DNA from: Octopus vulgaris
Taxonomy: Eukaryota
DNA length: 64,000 nt
Assembly: GCA_951406725.2 (NCBI GenBank)
Contig: OX597816.1
Span: 24,242,001-24,306,000, forward strand
Reading direction: 5' to 3'
Shown: piece by piece, positions 42,424 to 53,732 of the stretch
Layout: each line of letters begins with the position of its first letter
Position numbering within the stretch: position 1 is the stretch's first letter
Notes under the pieces: model-generated
What the model was told of the DNA's origin: nothing
What the model saw: only the letters and a program-made list of their open reading frames with translations
The model's database searches: none
Position numbers and translations under genes: made by a program

Positions 42424-42667
42424 ATAGGCGCAGGGATGGCTGTGTGGTAAGAAACTTGCTTCCCACCCACGTATTTCCAGGTTCAGTACCACTACGTAGC
42501 ACCTTGTGTGTCTTCTACGATACTTTCAGGCTGACCAAAGCCTTGTGTATGTGTGGATTTGGTGGACGGAAACTGAAAAATGCCTGTCGTATGTATACAT
42601 ACATTTATATACACCATGTGTGTTTTTTATTTTTTTCTATTTACTTATAATCGAACGCCACACACAG

Positions 42668-42712
<45 letters not shown>

Positions 42713-42975
42713 GCACGCACACACACGTGCGTGTGTGTGTGTGCCTTTGTAGCAGTGTTTGCCCCCCCCCCCCCGCTTGACAACCAGTGTTGGTTGTTTA
42801 CGCTGCCGTGTAACTCAGCGGTTCGGCAAAGAATCCGATAGAATAAATTCCAGGTTTTAAATCAAAAGAAAATTTTAAAAATAAGTACTGGGGTCGATTT
42901 GACCGACCAAAAATTATTGAAAGCGGTGCCCCAGCATGGCCGTACCCTAATGAGTTGAACAAGTAAAAGATAAAG
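42424..42975 (+). mobile_element. SINE family A (older)
   Basis: Head and tail present. Confidence 0.8.
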
Positions 42976-43034
42976 ATATGACGTTCAAAACGTTTTCAGA
43001 GCGTCGGCATGTGTGTACATGTGTGTATGTGTAT

Positions 43035-43385
43035 TATTTTATTCTTTTATTTGTTTCAGTCATTTGACTGCAGCCATGCTGGAGCACCGTCTGTAGTCGA
43101 ACAAATCGACCCCAGGACTTATTCAGTGTAAGCCTAATACTCGGTTTCTTTTGCCGAACCGCTATGTTACGGGGGAAGTAAACACACCAACATTGGTTGT
43201 CAAGCGATCGTGGGGCGGGGGACAAACACAGACACACAAACATATATACTCTCCGTCTACTAAATCCACTCACAAGGCTTTGGTCGGCCTGAGGCTATAG
43301 TACAATACCCTTGCACGCAGTGGGACTGAACCCGGAACCATGTGGTTGAGAAGCAAGCTACTTACCACACCATCACTCCTGCCCC
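43035..43385 (-). mobile_element. SINE family A
   Basis: Reverse copy, tail-to-tail with the previous copy. Confidence 0.85.
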
Positions 43386-44029
43386 TAAGTGTATATGTGT
43401 ATTGTGTATGTGTATATATGTATATGTGCATTGTGTATGTGTGTATATATGTATATGTGTATTGCGTATGTGTGTATTATGCAGCCGCTGAGTTGAATGG
43501 TTCTACCTGACTACTTGACTCGCTTATATTTTATCAACTCAGAAAGTATGAATTGTAAAGCACACAGTGGCAGGATTTGAAATCAGAATTAAATACATTA
43601 ATCAGTAATACCATTGTTGTCTAGGCTGCATTCTTCATTCAATGTCCTTAGCTTGGGATTCGTAGATTTATTGTAGCATTCAGCTATCTATTCCAAAACT
43701 CCGCCATTTCTGCGACGAATGAGAATAAAAGTATTATGAATCGCCACAAGTCTTAGAAAATGGCCATGCAAAGATACTATGAAAGTTAGCATATAACACA
43801 AAAATGTTATATACTAGTATAACAATTATATTGTTATACTAGTATCTATAATTGGCTCTCTGGTCGATATAAACTTTGCCTTTCGGCTTTACATGATCGA
43901 TAAAATAAACATCAGTTGGGTATTGAGGTTCAGAAAATCGACTGAAGCGCACCATAACAATTTGTGACTTTCTATTCCTGTAAGAAATCAATAATGTTCA
44001 TCTTCGAATACTGGTTTTAAAAGGCTTAC

Positions 44030-44120
44030 GACAAATAGTGGTTAAGAGCGCGGGCTACTAACCCCGAGATCCTGAGTTCGATTCCAAGCAGTAGCCTGAA
44101 CAATAACAACAATGATAATA

Positions 44121-44179
<59 letters not shown>

Positions 44180-44320
44180 CTTAGGAATGAGAACTCAGGT
44201 TCGAAATTTTCCCCAAGACATCTGAAGAAGGCTAGAGGGTATATCAGCCGAAACGTTGTGTTAACAAGATGAGGGCAAATATCCGTCGAATATAAATAAT
44301 ATAAATAATTCCTCATCTCT
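44030..44320 (+). mobile_element. tRNA-headed element containing (AAT)n and a hammerhead ribozyme motif
   Basis: A-box-like tagtggttaag, B-box gagttcgattcc, (aat)n spacer, HHR at 44217-44262. Confidence 0.65.
44217..44262 (+). ncRNA. Minimal type I hammerhead ribozyme (PLE-type)
   Basis: gacat-CTGAAGA-a-ggct[agagggtatatc]agcc-GAAA-cgtt-gtgtt: intact CUGANGA and GAAA cores, stem II ggct/agcc, palindromic AACGTT stem III, stem I with G-U pairs. Confidence 0.7.
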
Positions 44321-44329
44321 TAAATATAG

Positions 44330-44962
44330 GCCCTGATGCTGTACCAATGCCATGATGCAGTATAAATGCCCTGATGCAGTACCAATGCCCTGATGCAGTA
44401 CCATAAATGCCCTGATGCAGTACCAGACAGTGGCTCTCGTGGCTTCTCATTTAAACTGATTGGAAGTGTTATTATATACATTGTTTTGTCTTGGTATAAA
44501 AGATCGGCCACAGCAAATATTCTGCTCAATACCACAGATTTGGTTGTCAGTTGTTTGACCTTAACCAGTTGACCATGTCCCTTAGTGGCTGACGATATGT
44601 GCATCTCCGATCACAAGCAGAAGTAGTGGGGGTGCTTCATAGGCATGTGATGAGAGGGATTCTTTGGGGTTTGAATAATTCACCTCTGGAAACATGGGTG
44701 TCTCGTTCAACATCTTTAAACAACCCTTATTAAGGGACCTTTTGAGCGGGATGGGTTGCTCGACCAGAAGAAAATTCTAACTGAGCCCCACCTGCAAGGT
44801 CATGTGCTGTTTATTTTGATATGAGATCACCATGTCGCGCACGTGTGGTTGTGATGCATGTGCCTGGTGTACCCTTATCAGACGGGTAGTAATGATGAGT
44901 ATACTGGGCTTCGTATATTTTACCCCAATGTCACTTTGATGGCATGCACTGCTCTCTCACTC
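44330..44962 (+). mobile_element. Family E, longest copy (~630 bp), ending in (AAT)n
   Basis: Starts with ~5 tandem gccctgatgcagtacc-type units; homologous to 4554-5010 and 8643-8840. Confidence 0.8.
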
Positions 44963-44998
<36 letters not shown>

Positions 44999-45770
44999 CT
45001 TAGAAAAGCTAAAGTAATATGTGAAGAATCACTAAAGATAAGCCAACCCAAATAAGGGTTTCTATTTAAATATTTGACGTTAATTTTGTAATGACTTATT
45101 CAAAACAGAAAAAGCAAGACTCATAACAATTTTTGCAATTCTTCATAAGCTGAAGGAAGTAAATTACCATTGACCAAGAAGACCCGATGTCGAAAGCGTC
45201 TAACAAAATCCTCTCAGCGAAGGGCTCTCGAGGGCCATGTAGTGCTGCTGAGCAGGGCAACAAGTTAAGTCAATACCCTGATATTCAGTTTATTGTCCAT
45301 TTCTCAAACCAGCACTCACGCGCTCAATGAACAGTTTATTCTATAATTTGAATGCATCTCTTGATAGTTTATCGCTTAATATTATGATATGTCTGGCACC
45401 ATTTATAAAAGATTAACGAGAAGTGATTAACAAATATTGCCTCTTTATGGCTAGTTAAACACGTTATATGTATACGCTCGTATATTCGGAATTTCGTACA
45501 TAAAATCACTCGGTTACGAACACAAATATAAGTCTATGTAACACATTCACGGCCATATAAATAACTAGTCATTTGCACACACAGACAAAACACAGTGACA
45601 GATACGTGTTAGTGAGTAGTAGTAGTGGTGGTGATGGTGGTGGTGGGGTCGGTGGAGATAGTGGAAATATTAGATTGGTAGGTATATTGATGTTTAAATA
45701 TTTCTTATGTTTATTATTTCCATTGCGGAAAATAGAAAGATCAAAACAATTAGTCTCATATTTACATATT

Positions 45771-45842
<72 letters not shown>

Positions 45843-46964
45843 AGGGGAGGGGGAGAGAGAGGAAGACATTTATGAATCTGCTCGTGCTTTGGTCTTCATA
45901 CGTGCCTGTATCTGTGTATTCACTTCATTACTTTAATTAAATACTAATTTTATGGTATTTAACCACATACGAAGACTTCCTTTTATATAACTACGTTTCA
46001 TAATTAACGTACATACACCGTTGACAGGCCAGTTACTGCGGTAATCAACCTAACATAACATAACATCTCTCATGGACGTGCTGCGTTAAAAACGCAATAA
46101 ATATCGGAGGGAGACGAATATGCTTTTAAATCACCACGTCTATAAAAAGTTATCTCAAGATGAATACCGCAGCCACAGGCCTATCAGTTGTGTATATACA
46201 TTAACTGTGGTACATAGATAGGTATTTCAGTTTAATACTATCTCAACTGCGTATAGCTGGTTTCCTTTTAGATATTCTATTTTATCTGTAACGTTTCCCA
46301 ATCTTTTTGCTCTTAGGAGACCCTTAAAATAAATTCCATATCACAAGAAATCTCGAAATAAAGATTATTGTATATATCTTGAATTAATAATTTTTCTTTC
46401 TCTTTCATAAAATTTTATTTCATAATGGATTAAACAAATCAAAAATCTATAGTGGACTGAAGCAGCGCAAAAGGAAGTGCTTTGCTCAAGAAAATAACGT
46501 ATGTATGTATGTATGTATGTATGTATGTATGTATGTATGTATGTATGTATGTATGTATGTATGTTCGTATGTATGTATGTATGTGTATGTATCTGTATTT
46601 GTCCTCCTCCATCACGTAACAACCGGCATTAGTCAGTTTACGTCACCGCAAATGTGGGTGATTTGTGCCATTAAAAATGTCAGGTCGGTGCCGCCGCTTG
46701 GACACAGTCAATGGCTAAAAGTAGTTAAAAGTAAGACCAAATTCCCCTACAATTCCCTTTTCAGAGACTATTTTCTCGTAGGGGCTTTTTACTAGCTTAG
46801 GTGTCGGGATGTCTCTACTATAGGGAGCACACTGTGCGTGCATAATATTATGTACATAGAATTATACTTAAAATGCATTTGCATTTAATTAGCTCTGTAT
46901 ATGTGGTAAGGGTTATGTGAGATTGAACACTACGGTTCCAGAGAACCGCAGTTATGAGCATTAG

Positions 46965-47650
46965 TCTATAATATTATTTATAATCATTCAAGTTACCTTT
47001 TCCCCTGGATGTAATTCAATTACTGAAGCAAATCCTGTAACAGATTGGAAAAAATGTTAAAAAAAACTAGAAACGAAAAAAGAAATCATCACATAAATAC
47101 CACAAAATCTTCAATAGAAATATAGTTAAAGTTAGTTATAGCTGCCTACTCCACATAGGATCGATGATTTTCAATCACTATAAGAATAACAGCATTAGGA
47201 ATTTCCCCTCTAACCCCCAAAAGATCCTGTAATTGTAGATCCAAAGATAACTGTTCCTTGAACAATAGGTACCTGGAAAATGAATTAGCATCACTGACTT
47301 AAATGGAAGAACAAAATCTTAGGTTGGAATGACGGGAAACACCTTCAAAAAGAGATATACGCAGCATTTGGCTTCGAACAAAGACAAAAACAAAAGACAC
47401 ATAACATATTTATACAATACGGTATAGAAACTTAAAGAAAGGAACGTGAACAACCCCCATATAAACTGGAGAATCATAGTTAAGGCCAGCAAACATAGAG
47501 GATCGAGCAGTAAACGCGACCTCTGTATCACGGACAAATTAAATATTATAAGATCAACAATGAAAGTTTTAAATATTAGGGAAGAAACCTTCTTTCCTTA
47601 CATGTACAAGAAACAGTCCAAACTTCGAAATTTCAAGCATGACTTCCTCC
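46965..47650 (+). pseudogene. Decayed Penelope-like element C-terminus (thumb/linker plus GIY-YIG endonuclease)
   Basis: HKYHKIFNRNIVKVSYSC; SCNCRSKDNCSL; VGMTGNTFKKRYTQH; INWRIIVKA; DLCITDKLNI..LNIREE. Confidence 0.8.
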
Positions 47651-47787
47651 ACCCACTCTACCACCTCTGTCATTGGTTTCCTTTTTAACCCACAAATAAA
47701 GAATATTTATCAACCGATGCGGTGTTGAGCACTCGTTATCACTGTTCTATATCATACACACACACACACACACACACATATGTACAT

Positions 47788-48150
47788 ATAGGCGCAGGAG
47801 CGGCTCTGTGGTAAGTAGCTTGCTTACTAACCACATGGTTCCGGGTTCAGTCCCACTGCGTGGCACTTTGGGCAAGTGTCTTCTACTATAGCCTTGGGCC
47901 GACAAAAGCCTTGTGAGTGGATTTGATAGACGGAAACTGAAAGAAGCCCGTTTGTGTGTCTGTGTTTGTCCCCCCAAAATAGCTTGACAACCGGTGCTGG
48001 TGTGTTTACGTCCCCGTGACTTAGCGGTTCGGCAAAAGAGACCGATAGAATAAGTACTAGGCTTCCAAAGAATAATTCCTGGGGTCGATTTGCTCGACTA
48101 AAGGCGGTGCTCCAGCATGGCCGCAGTCAAAATGACTGAAACAAGTAAAA
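47788..48150 (+). mobile_element. SINE family A lacking the internal microsatellite
   Basis: aagaagcccg joins directly to tttgtgtgtctgtgtttgtcc. Confidence 0.9.
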
Positions 48151-48168
48151 TAGTATACACGTAATATA

Positions 48169-48238
<70 letters not shown>

Positions 48239-48294
48239 GTAAATGTATGTGTGCATGCACGTACACACACATATATGTACGAATATTTCTATGC

Positions 48295-48325
<31 letters not shown>

Positions 48326-49194
48326 CGTGTGTATGTACAAATATATATATATACATACATATATACATATATATATATATGCATACATATCATGTTTACG
48401 AACATCTACTCCAGATATTTGCTAACCTGAGGCTCCAGTAACAGACACTTGCCGAAGATGCAGACAGACCGGATCAAACCCAGCACCAACCAAACCCGCA
48501 ATAGTTGCGAACTGAACTTTTTCACCTCAGATAAATTGACCGAACATATATAACTATTTCAACTTAAAACGATGGTGGGAAAAACTGGAAACTCTACTAT
48601 AATACTAAAGTTGAATTACGAGCGTTAGCAATAACATTTATATTTCATAAATAATCTACAATCTCACAACACCTTGTTAAGTTATAAGCCTGTGTGGGAT
48701 TTCTGCTTCACACGTAGAAAGAGAGATTCGCTAGAAATCTGAATGATAAATTCTGAGAACGGTAAAAGCGGACAGCATAATTACTAGATATATGACGTTC
48801 GTTACCCTTTTGTCGAGTGTTTGCGCCAACGGATAGGTTTTAATATGATAAATTGATGATTCCACTGAATTACATTATGGAATTATGCTTAAAACGTTGT
48901 AATTTCACTTCATATGTGTGTATGTATGTATGTATGTATGTATGTATGTATGTATGTATGTATATATATATATTACATATGTGTGTATATATATGTGTGT
49001 ATGTGTATGTATATATACATATATATATACACACACGCATATGTATAGATATAGATACATGTATATATATAATGTATGTATGTTTGTGTATATATATATA
49101 TACATGTATCTATATGTGTGTATATATGTATATATGTATATATGTATATATGTATATATATACAAGCACATATGTAATTTCACATTTGATGTAC

Positions 49195-49242
<48 letters not shown>

Positions 49243-49396
49243 AATTTCACATAATATATGTATCAAATGTGAAATTATATGTCTGTGTGCGTGCATATAT
49301 ATATATATACAGACACACATACACAGAGACACACACATACAGACACAAACACATACATATAATGTGAAATTATACACACACACACACAAACACACA

Positions 49397-49470
<74 letters not shown>

Positions 49471-49484
49471 AAAAGAGAGAGATA

Positions 49485-49730
49485 CACACACACACACACG
49501 ACAAACGTAGAAGGTGAGTAAAGACATAATATCTGTAATGGAGAGAAAGAGAGAGAAAGAGAGAGAAAGAGAGAGGGAGAGAGAGAGTAAGAGAGAGAGA
49601 GAAAGAAAGAGAGGGAGAGAATGAGAAGAAGAGAGAGGGTTTTGTGAAATGGAGAGAAAATTCTTTATCTTTTACTATGATTAATAGTATTTCATATATA
49701 TATATATATAGGAGTGTTGTAGATAATTCC
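49485..49730. mobile_element. Internal fragment of the Helitron at 56469-57200
   Basis: gacaaacgtagaaggtg..cataatatctgtaatggagag..ttttgtgaaatggagagaaaattctttatcttttactatgattaatagtatttca..ggagtgtt.tagataattcc shared with 56820-57080. Confidence 0.75.
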
Positions 49731-49998
49731 TATTACTAAGTAACGAAGTACGTCGTATGATAAATCCTGCAGTAATAAATATGCTGGCGAGGGTGATGCA
49801 AGATCGTTATGAGCGTTCAGATATATGATGAAGCAGCTATGTCACTAGTTTCGATAGTATATATGACAGTAGCTAATTAGAAACCATCTATCGACAGTCC
49901 TTTATGCTTTATGTCTTTATATACTACACGGAGACACACATACACAAACACACACACACATACACACACACACACATATATATATATATGTATATATA

Positions 49999-50075
<77 letters not shown>

Positions 50076-50129
50076 GTATGTGGATATATATATATATACA
50101 TATATGTATATATATTTATGTATATAAAT

Positions 50130-50420
50130 ATCACCGTGATCACCGTGATCACCGTGACCAACCAGGCTGTCAGATGTTGCTACACATCGCTTGTCACAAT
50201 GCGCTTCGCATTGTTTTAGCCTTCAAATGACGCCACCCTGCTGGCTAAGCGAGCAGGCCAACAGAAGAAAGAGAGAAAGTTGTGGCGAAAGAGTACAGCA
50301 GGGATCACCACCACCCCCTGCTGGAGACTCGTGGAGCTTTAGGTGTTTTCGCTCAATAAACACTCACAACGCTCGGTCTGGAATTCGAAACCGCGAGTCC
50401 GCTGCCCTAACCACTGGGCC
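50130..50420 (-). mobile_element. SINE family D variant (alternative tail, tandem cacggtgat end)
   Basis: Homologous to 24495-24776. Confidence 0.8.
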
Positions 50421-50769
50421 ATATATATATATATATATATATATCTGACATGAATGCCATCTCTTTCTCACACGGATACCAGTATGGCTCTCCTAGATCC
50501 AATTTGTTCTGCTCTATTCTTTTTTAAGTTCCTTGTATTATGATGGTTTCTTTCCTTTCTGCACTGAGGAGTACGTTGATATTTATTTTATTTAATTCAA
50601 CCATGAATTTATATTATTTTTATATCCCTGTACGAAACGATCGTCTGCAAGAATTAAACTCCTTAAAAGTTTTAACAACTCGTTTCCTCCATTTTAATTT
50701 CATTCCATAAATTCATCATACATTATATATTTTTGTAATTATATGTGGATTGTTGGCAAATTTTTTCTT

Positions 50770-50930
50770 CCGTCTTCTTTTCTCTTGAACTTTCCTCAGT
50801 CTCTTTTTTCTGAAGAAGAGCTTTACTCGAAATGTAAAACACCCTTTCTTTTCTTCCCTGGGCGTCTTATTAATACTATGCATGTACCACGTACTCGCGT
50901 TGTTGTTTTTGTTCGTTTTGTTATTAATTA
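50770..50930 (+). mobile_element. PLE pseudo-LTR-like fragment with a minimal hammerhead
   Basis: tttt-CTGAAGA-a-gag[cttta]ctc-GAAA-tgta-aaa at 50806-50839; ends in a TA tract. Confidence 0.6.
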
Positions 50931-51294
50931 TATATATGTATATATATACATATACACATATATCGTTGCTATTATGTTAAACTGTCGTACGTCCAAATTT
51001 GGCCAAAGGCGTTTATTTTCCTATATTCAATTTTGTTTGCAATAGCCGGTTCTTTTAGTCAAAATAATCGTATCTCCAGCTGCTTCAAATGCCAAGATAA
51101 GAAAAATTGTCAAAGTGTAGTACAACGGTTTAGCATTTTTCAAAGTGTAGTATGTTCCACGCTGTTCCAGTATAGCCCCTGCTTCAGGGCTGAAACATAA
51201 AATAACATATAAAGCGTTAACCGTTACATATTTTCTCTCTCTCCGATTCTTTTTCATTCTCTGTCCACTTTTTTTCTCACAATACTTTATTTCG

Positions 51295-51385
51295 AAGACT
51301 TTTAAATTCTTCCCGGGTGTGTCAAACTAATACACCTGCTTGTTGTTCCCTCACCTGCCTTCGTCTTTTGTTTTCTATAAATTTG

Positions 51386-51390
<5 letters not shown>
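51295..51390 (+). mobile_element. PLE pseudo-LTR-like 3' fragment ending in (TA)n
   Basis: Homologous to the minus strand of 18480-18560. Confidence 0.55.
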
Positions 51391-51423
<33 letters not shown>

Positions 51424-51433
51424 TATATTATAT

Positions 51434-51479
<46 letters not shown>

Positions 51480-51483
<4 letters not shown>

Positions 51484-51650
51484 TAATCCAAACAAGAAAT
51501 CACTAAAAAAAACACAACAACGCGAGGACGTTGAACAAATATAGTATTATTGGACGCTCAGGAAAGAAGGAAAGAAGGAGGGTTAACGTTTCGAGCGGAG
51601 CTCTTCGTCGGAAACATAGGAGAAGGAAAGATCCAGAGAAGGGAAGACAG
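51480..51650 (-). mobile_element. PLE pseudo-LTR-like fragment with a hammerhead variant
   Basis: Minus strand gttt-CCGACGA-a-gagc[tcc]gctc-GAAA-cgtt-aac (51581-51617), then cctgagcgtccaataatactat..cgcgttgttg; ends in (TA)n. Confidence 0.6.
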
Positions 51651-51801
51651 AAACTCGGAGTTTTATCATGGCTACCGAATAAATGTTACACCAACTCCAC
51701 GCAGAGCCAACCTAAATGAAATCAAGGATAATATAACAGAAGTTTGCAGAAAAATTTCTTATCTATATATATATATATATATATATATATAACATTTATT
51801 C

Positions 51802-51854
<53 letters not shown>

Positions 51855-51889
51855 ATTGCTTGTAGGGATATCATATTCCGTTTAGCCAA

Positions 51890-52078
51890 CTACCAAGTAT
51901 ATTAAAGGTTTATAAGTCAATACAGTATCCTACCTTTTTGTGTTGGCAGAATCATTCAATCACTTTTAAGTCATCTCTACATGTATTCTATATAATTTGG
52001 AGCCAGCGCTGAGAGCTACAACGTTTCGTATACAATAACGTCTATGTAAAAAAAAAGCGATCGATAATAGAAAAATAC
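51890..52078 (-). repeat. Inverted duplicate of 57687-57875 with exon-like splice signals
   Basis: Reverse-complement match including a 59-bp identical core; pyrimidine tract-AG and GT at 52041/51934. Confidence 0.7.
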
Positions 52079-52320
52079 GTAATAAGTGTATATGCATATT
52101 TCGATAGTTATTGCACTTTCTTCAGCACCACATCCAAACCATTTATCCTCCACGAACACATTACTTAAGTATGTTTAGCGGTGTAACAATATCGGTTAGA
52201 CCAATTTACATATCGACCTCATTAAACACATTCCTGGCAACTGGTACGTACCTATTAATTGCTGGTACGGACCCTGTATATAATACAACCATAATAATAC
52301 TATACTACCAATTTTATTAG

Positions 52321-52386
<66 letters not shown>

Positions 52387-52668
52387 CAACAATTGAGGGT
52401 AAAATTAATTAATTATTAATCAATTTCACCAAGTGTTCAGTATGCAAAGGGACCATTCAAGGCGAATTCAAATTATTACATTATATAAAAGGGCTTAGTA
52501 AAATAAATTACTTTGCCGCATACTGAACTCATTAGAAATAGCAGCTAAAAAACTTTTTTAAAGCTATTTCTAATACTTAAAGAAAATCTCTCTCATATAG
52601 TGTTTGCTTGACTCAACTCACAAAAGTTTGGGGGTAAGGACATCAAAAAATCAAATGCAAAGGTTATT

Positions 52669-52720
52669 TGAGAACGTACGTTTCAAGATTAGTCAAAACG
52701 ACACTTCTATCATCAGCTCA
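52669..52720 (-). ncRNA. Type I hammerhead ribozyme (left-arm copy)
   Basis: Reverse complement of 53435-53486. Confidence 0.8.
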
Positions 52721-53434
52721 GAAACTCCTTAGTTTGGATTTGAAAACACTGAAAGTAAGAACATACCCTTTCGAAGATCCGCTCGTAACTAACAGTGCCA
52801 ACAAACTCAAATAAGCAAGCGAAGAATTTCTGTTCTCCTTTCCACCAGCGTGGGTTAAAATCATCAAACACTATGCTTATTTCGGTAAAATCCGAAGCAT
52901 TAATTAGAGGGAGATTAATTATAATTTCAACAATTGAGGGTAAAATTAATTAATTATTAATCAATTTCACCAAGTGTTCAGTATGCAAAGGGACCATTCA
53001 AGGCGAATTCAAATTATTACATTATATAAAAGGGCTTATTAGAAATAGCTTTAAAAAAGTTTTTTAGCTGCTATTTCTAATGAGTTCAGTATGCGGCAAA
53101 GTAATTTATTTTACTAAGCCCTTTTATATAATGTAATAATTTGAATTCGCCTTGAATGGTCCCTTTGCATACTGAACACTTGGTGAAATTGATTAATAAT
53201 TAATTAATTTTACCCTCAATTGTTGAAATTATAATTAATCTCCCTCTAATTAATGCTTCGGATTTTACCGAAATAAGCATAGTGTTTGATGATTTTAACC
53301 CACGCTGGTGGAAAGGGGAGAACAGAAATTCTTCGCTTGCTTATTTGAGTTTGTTGGCACTGTTAGTTACGAGCGGATCTTCGAAAGGGTATGTTCTTAC
53401 TTTCAGTGTTTTCAAATCCAAACTAAGGAGTTTC

Positions 53435-53486
53435 TGAGCTGATGATAGAAGTGTCGTTTTGACTAATCTTGAAACGTACGTTCTCA
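53435..53486 (+). ncRNA. Type I hammerhead ribozyme (right-arm copy)
   Basis: tgag-CTGATGA-[tagaagtgtcgttttgactaatctt]-GAAA-c-gtac-gtt-ctca: canonical cores, stem I tgag/ctca, palindromic AACGTACGTT stem III, GUU cleavage triplet. Confidence 0.8.
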
Positions 53487-53676
53487 AATAACCTTTGCAT
53501 TTGATTTTTTGATGTCCTTACCCCCAAACTTTTGTGAGTTGAGTCAAGCAAACACTATATGAGAGAGATTTTCTTTAAGTATTAGAAATAGCTTTAAAAA
53601 AGTTTTTTAGCTGCTATTTCTAATGAGTTCAGTATGCGGCAAAGTAATTTATTTTACTAAGCCCTTTTATATAATG

Positions 53677-53732
<56 letters not shown>

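Larger units (their letters stand above)
52383..53677. mobile_element. Head-to-head, circularly permuted 541/543-bp HHR-containing element (retrozyme/PLE-derived) in (TA)n
   Basis: Left arm 52383-53038 is ~1.2 units (52383 repeats at 52924); right arm 53037-53677 is ~1.2 inverted units; the only difference I saw between arms is a 2-bp indel; (TA)n on both sides. Confidence 0.85.

Noticed and set aside
44329-44426. CRISPR-like short repeats
   Set aside because: Units are adjacent with no unique spacers, there are no cas genes and the context is eukaryotic
44580-44635. Hammerhead in family E (ctgacga...gaag)
   Set aside because: No GAAA core or convincing stems, and the motif is not preserved in the 4554-5010 copy
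45170-45203. Hammerhead-like ttgaccaagaagacccgatgtcgaaagcgtctaa
   Set aside because: Stem II and GAAA..GTC are present but the CUGANGA core is broken; at best a dead remnant
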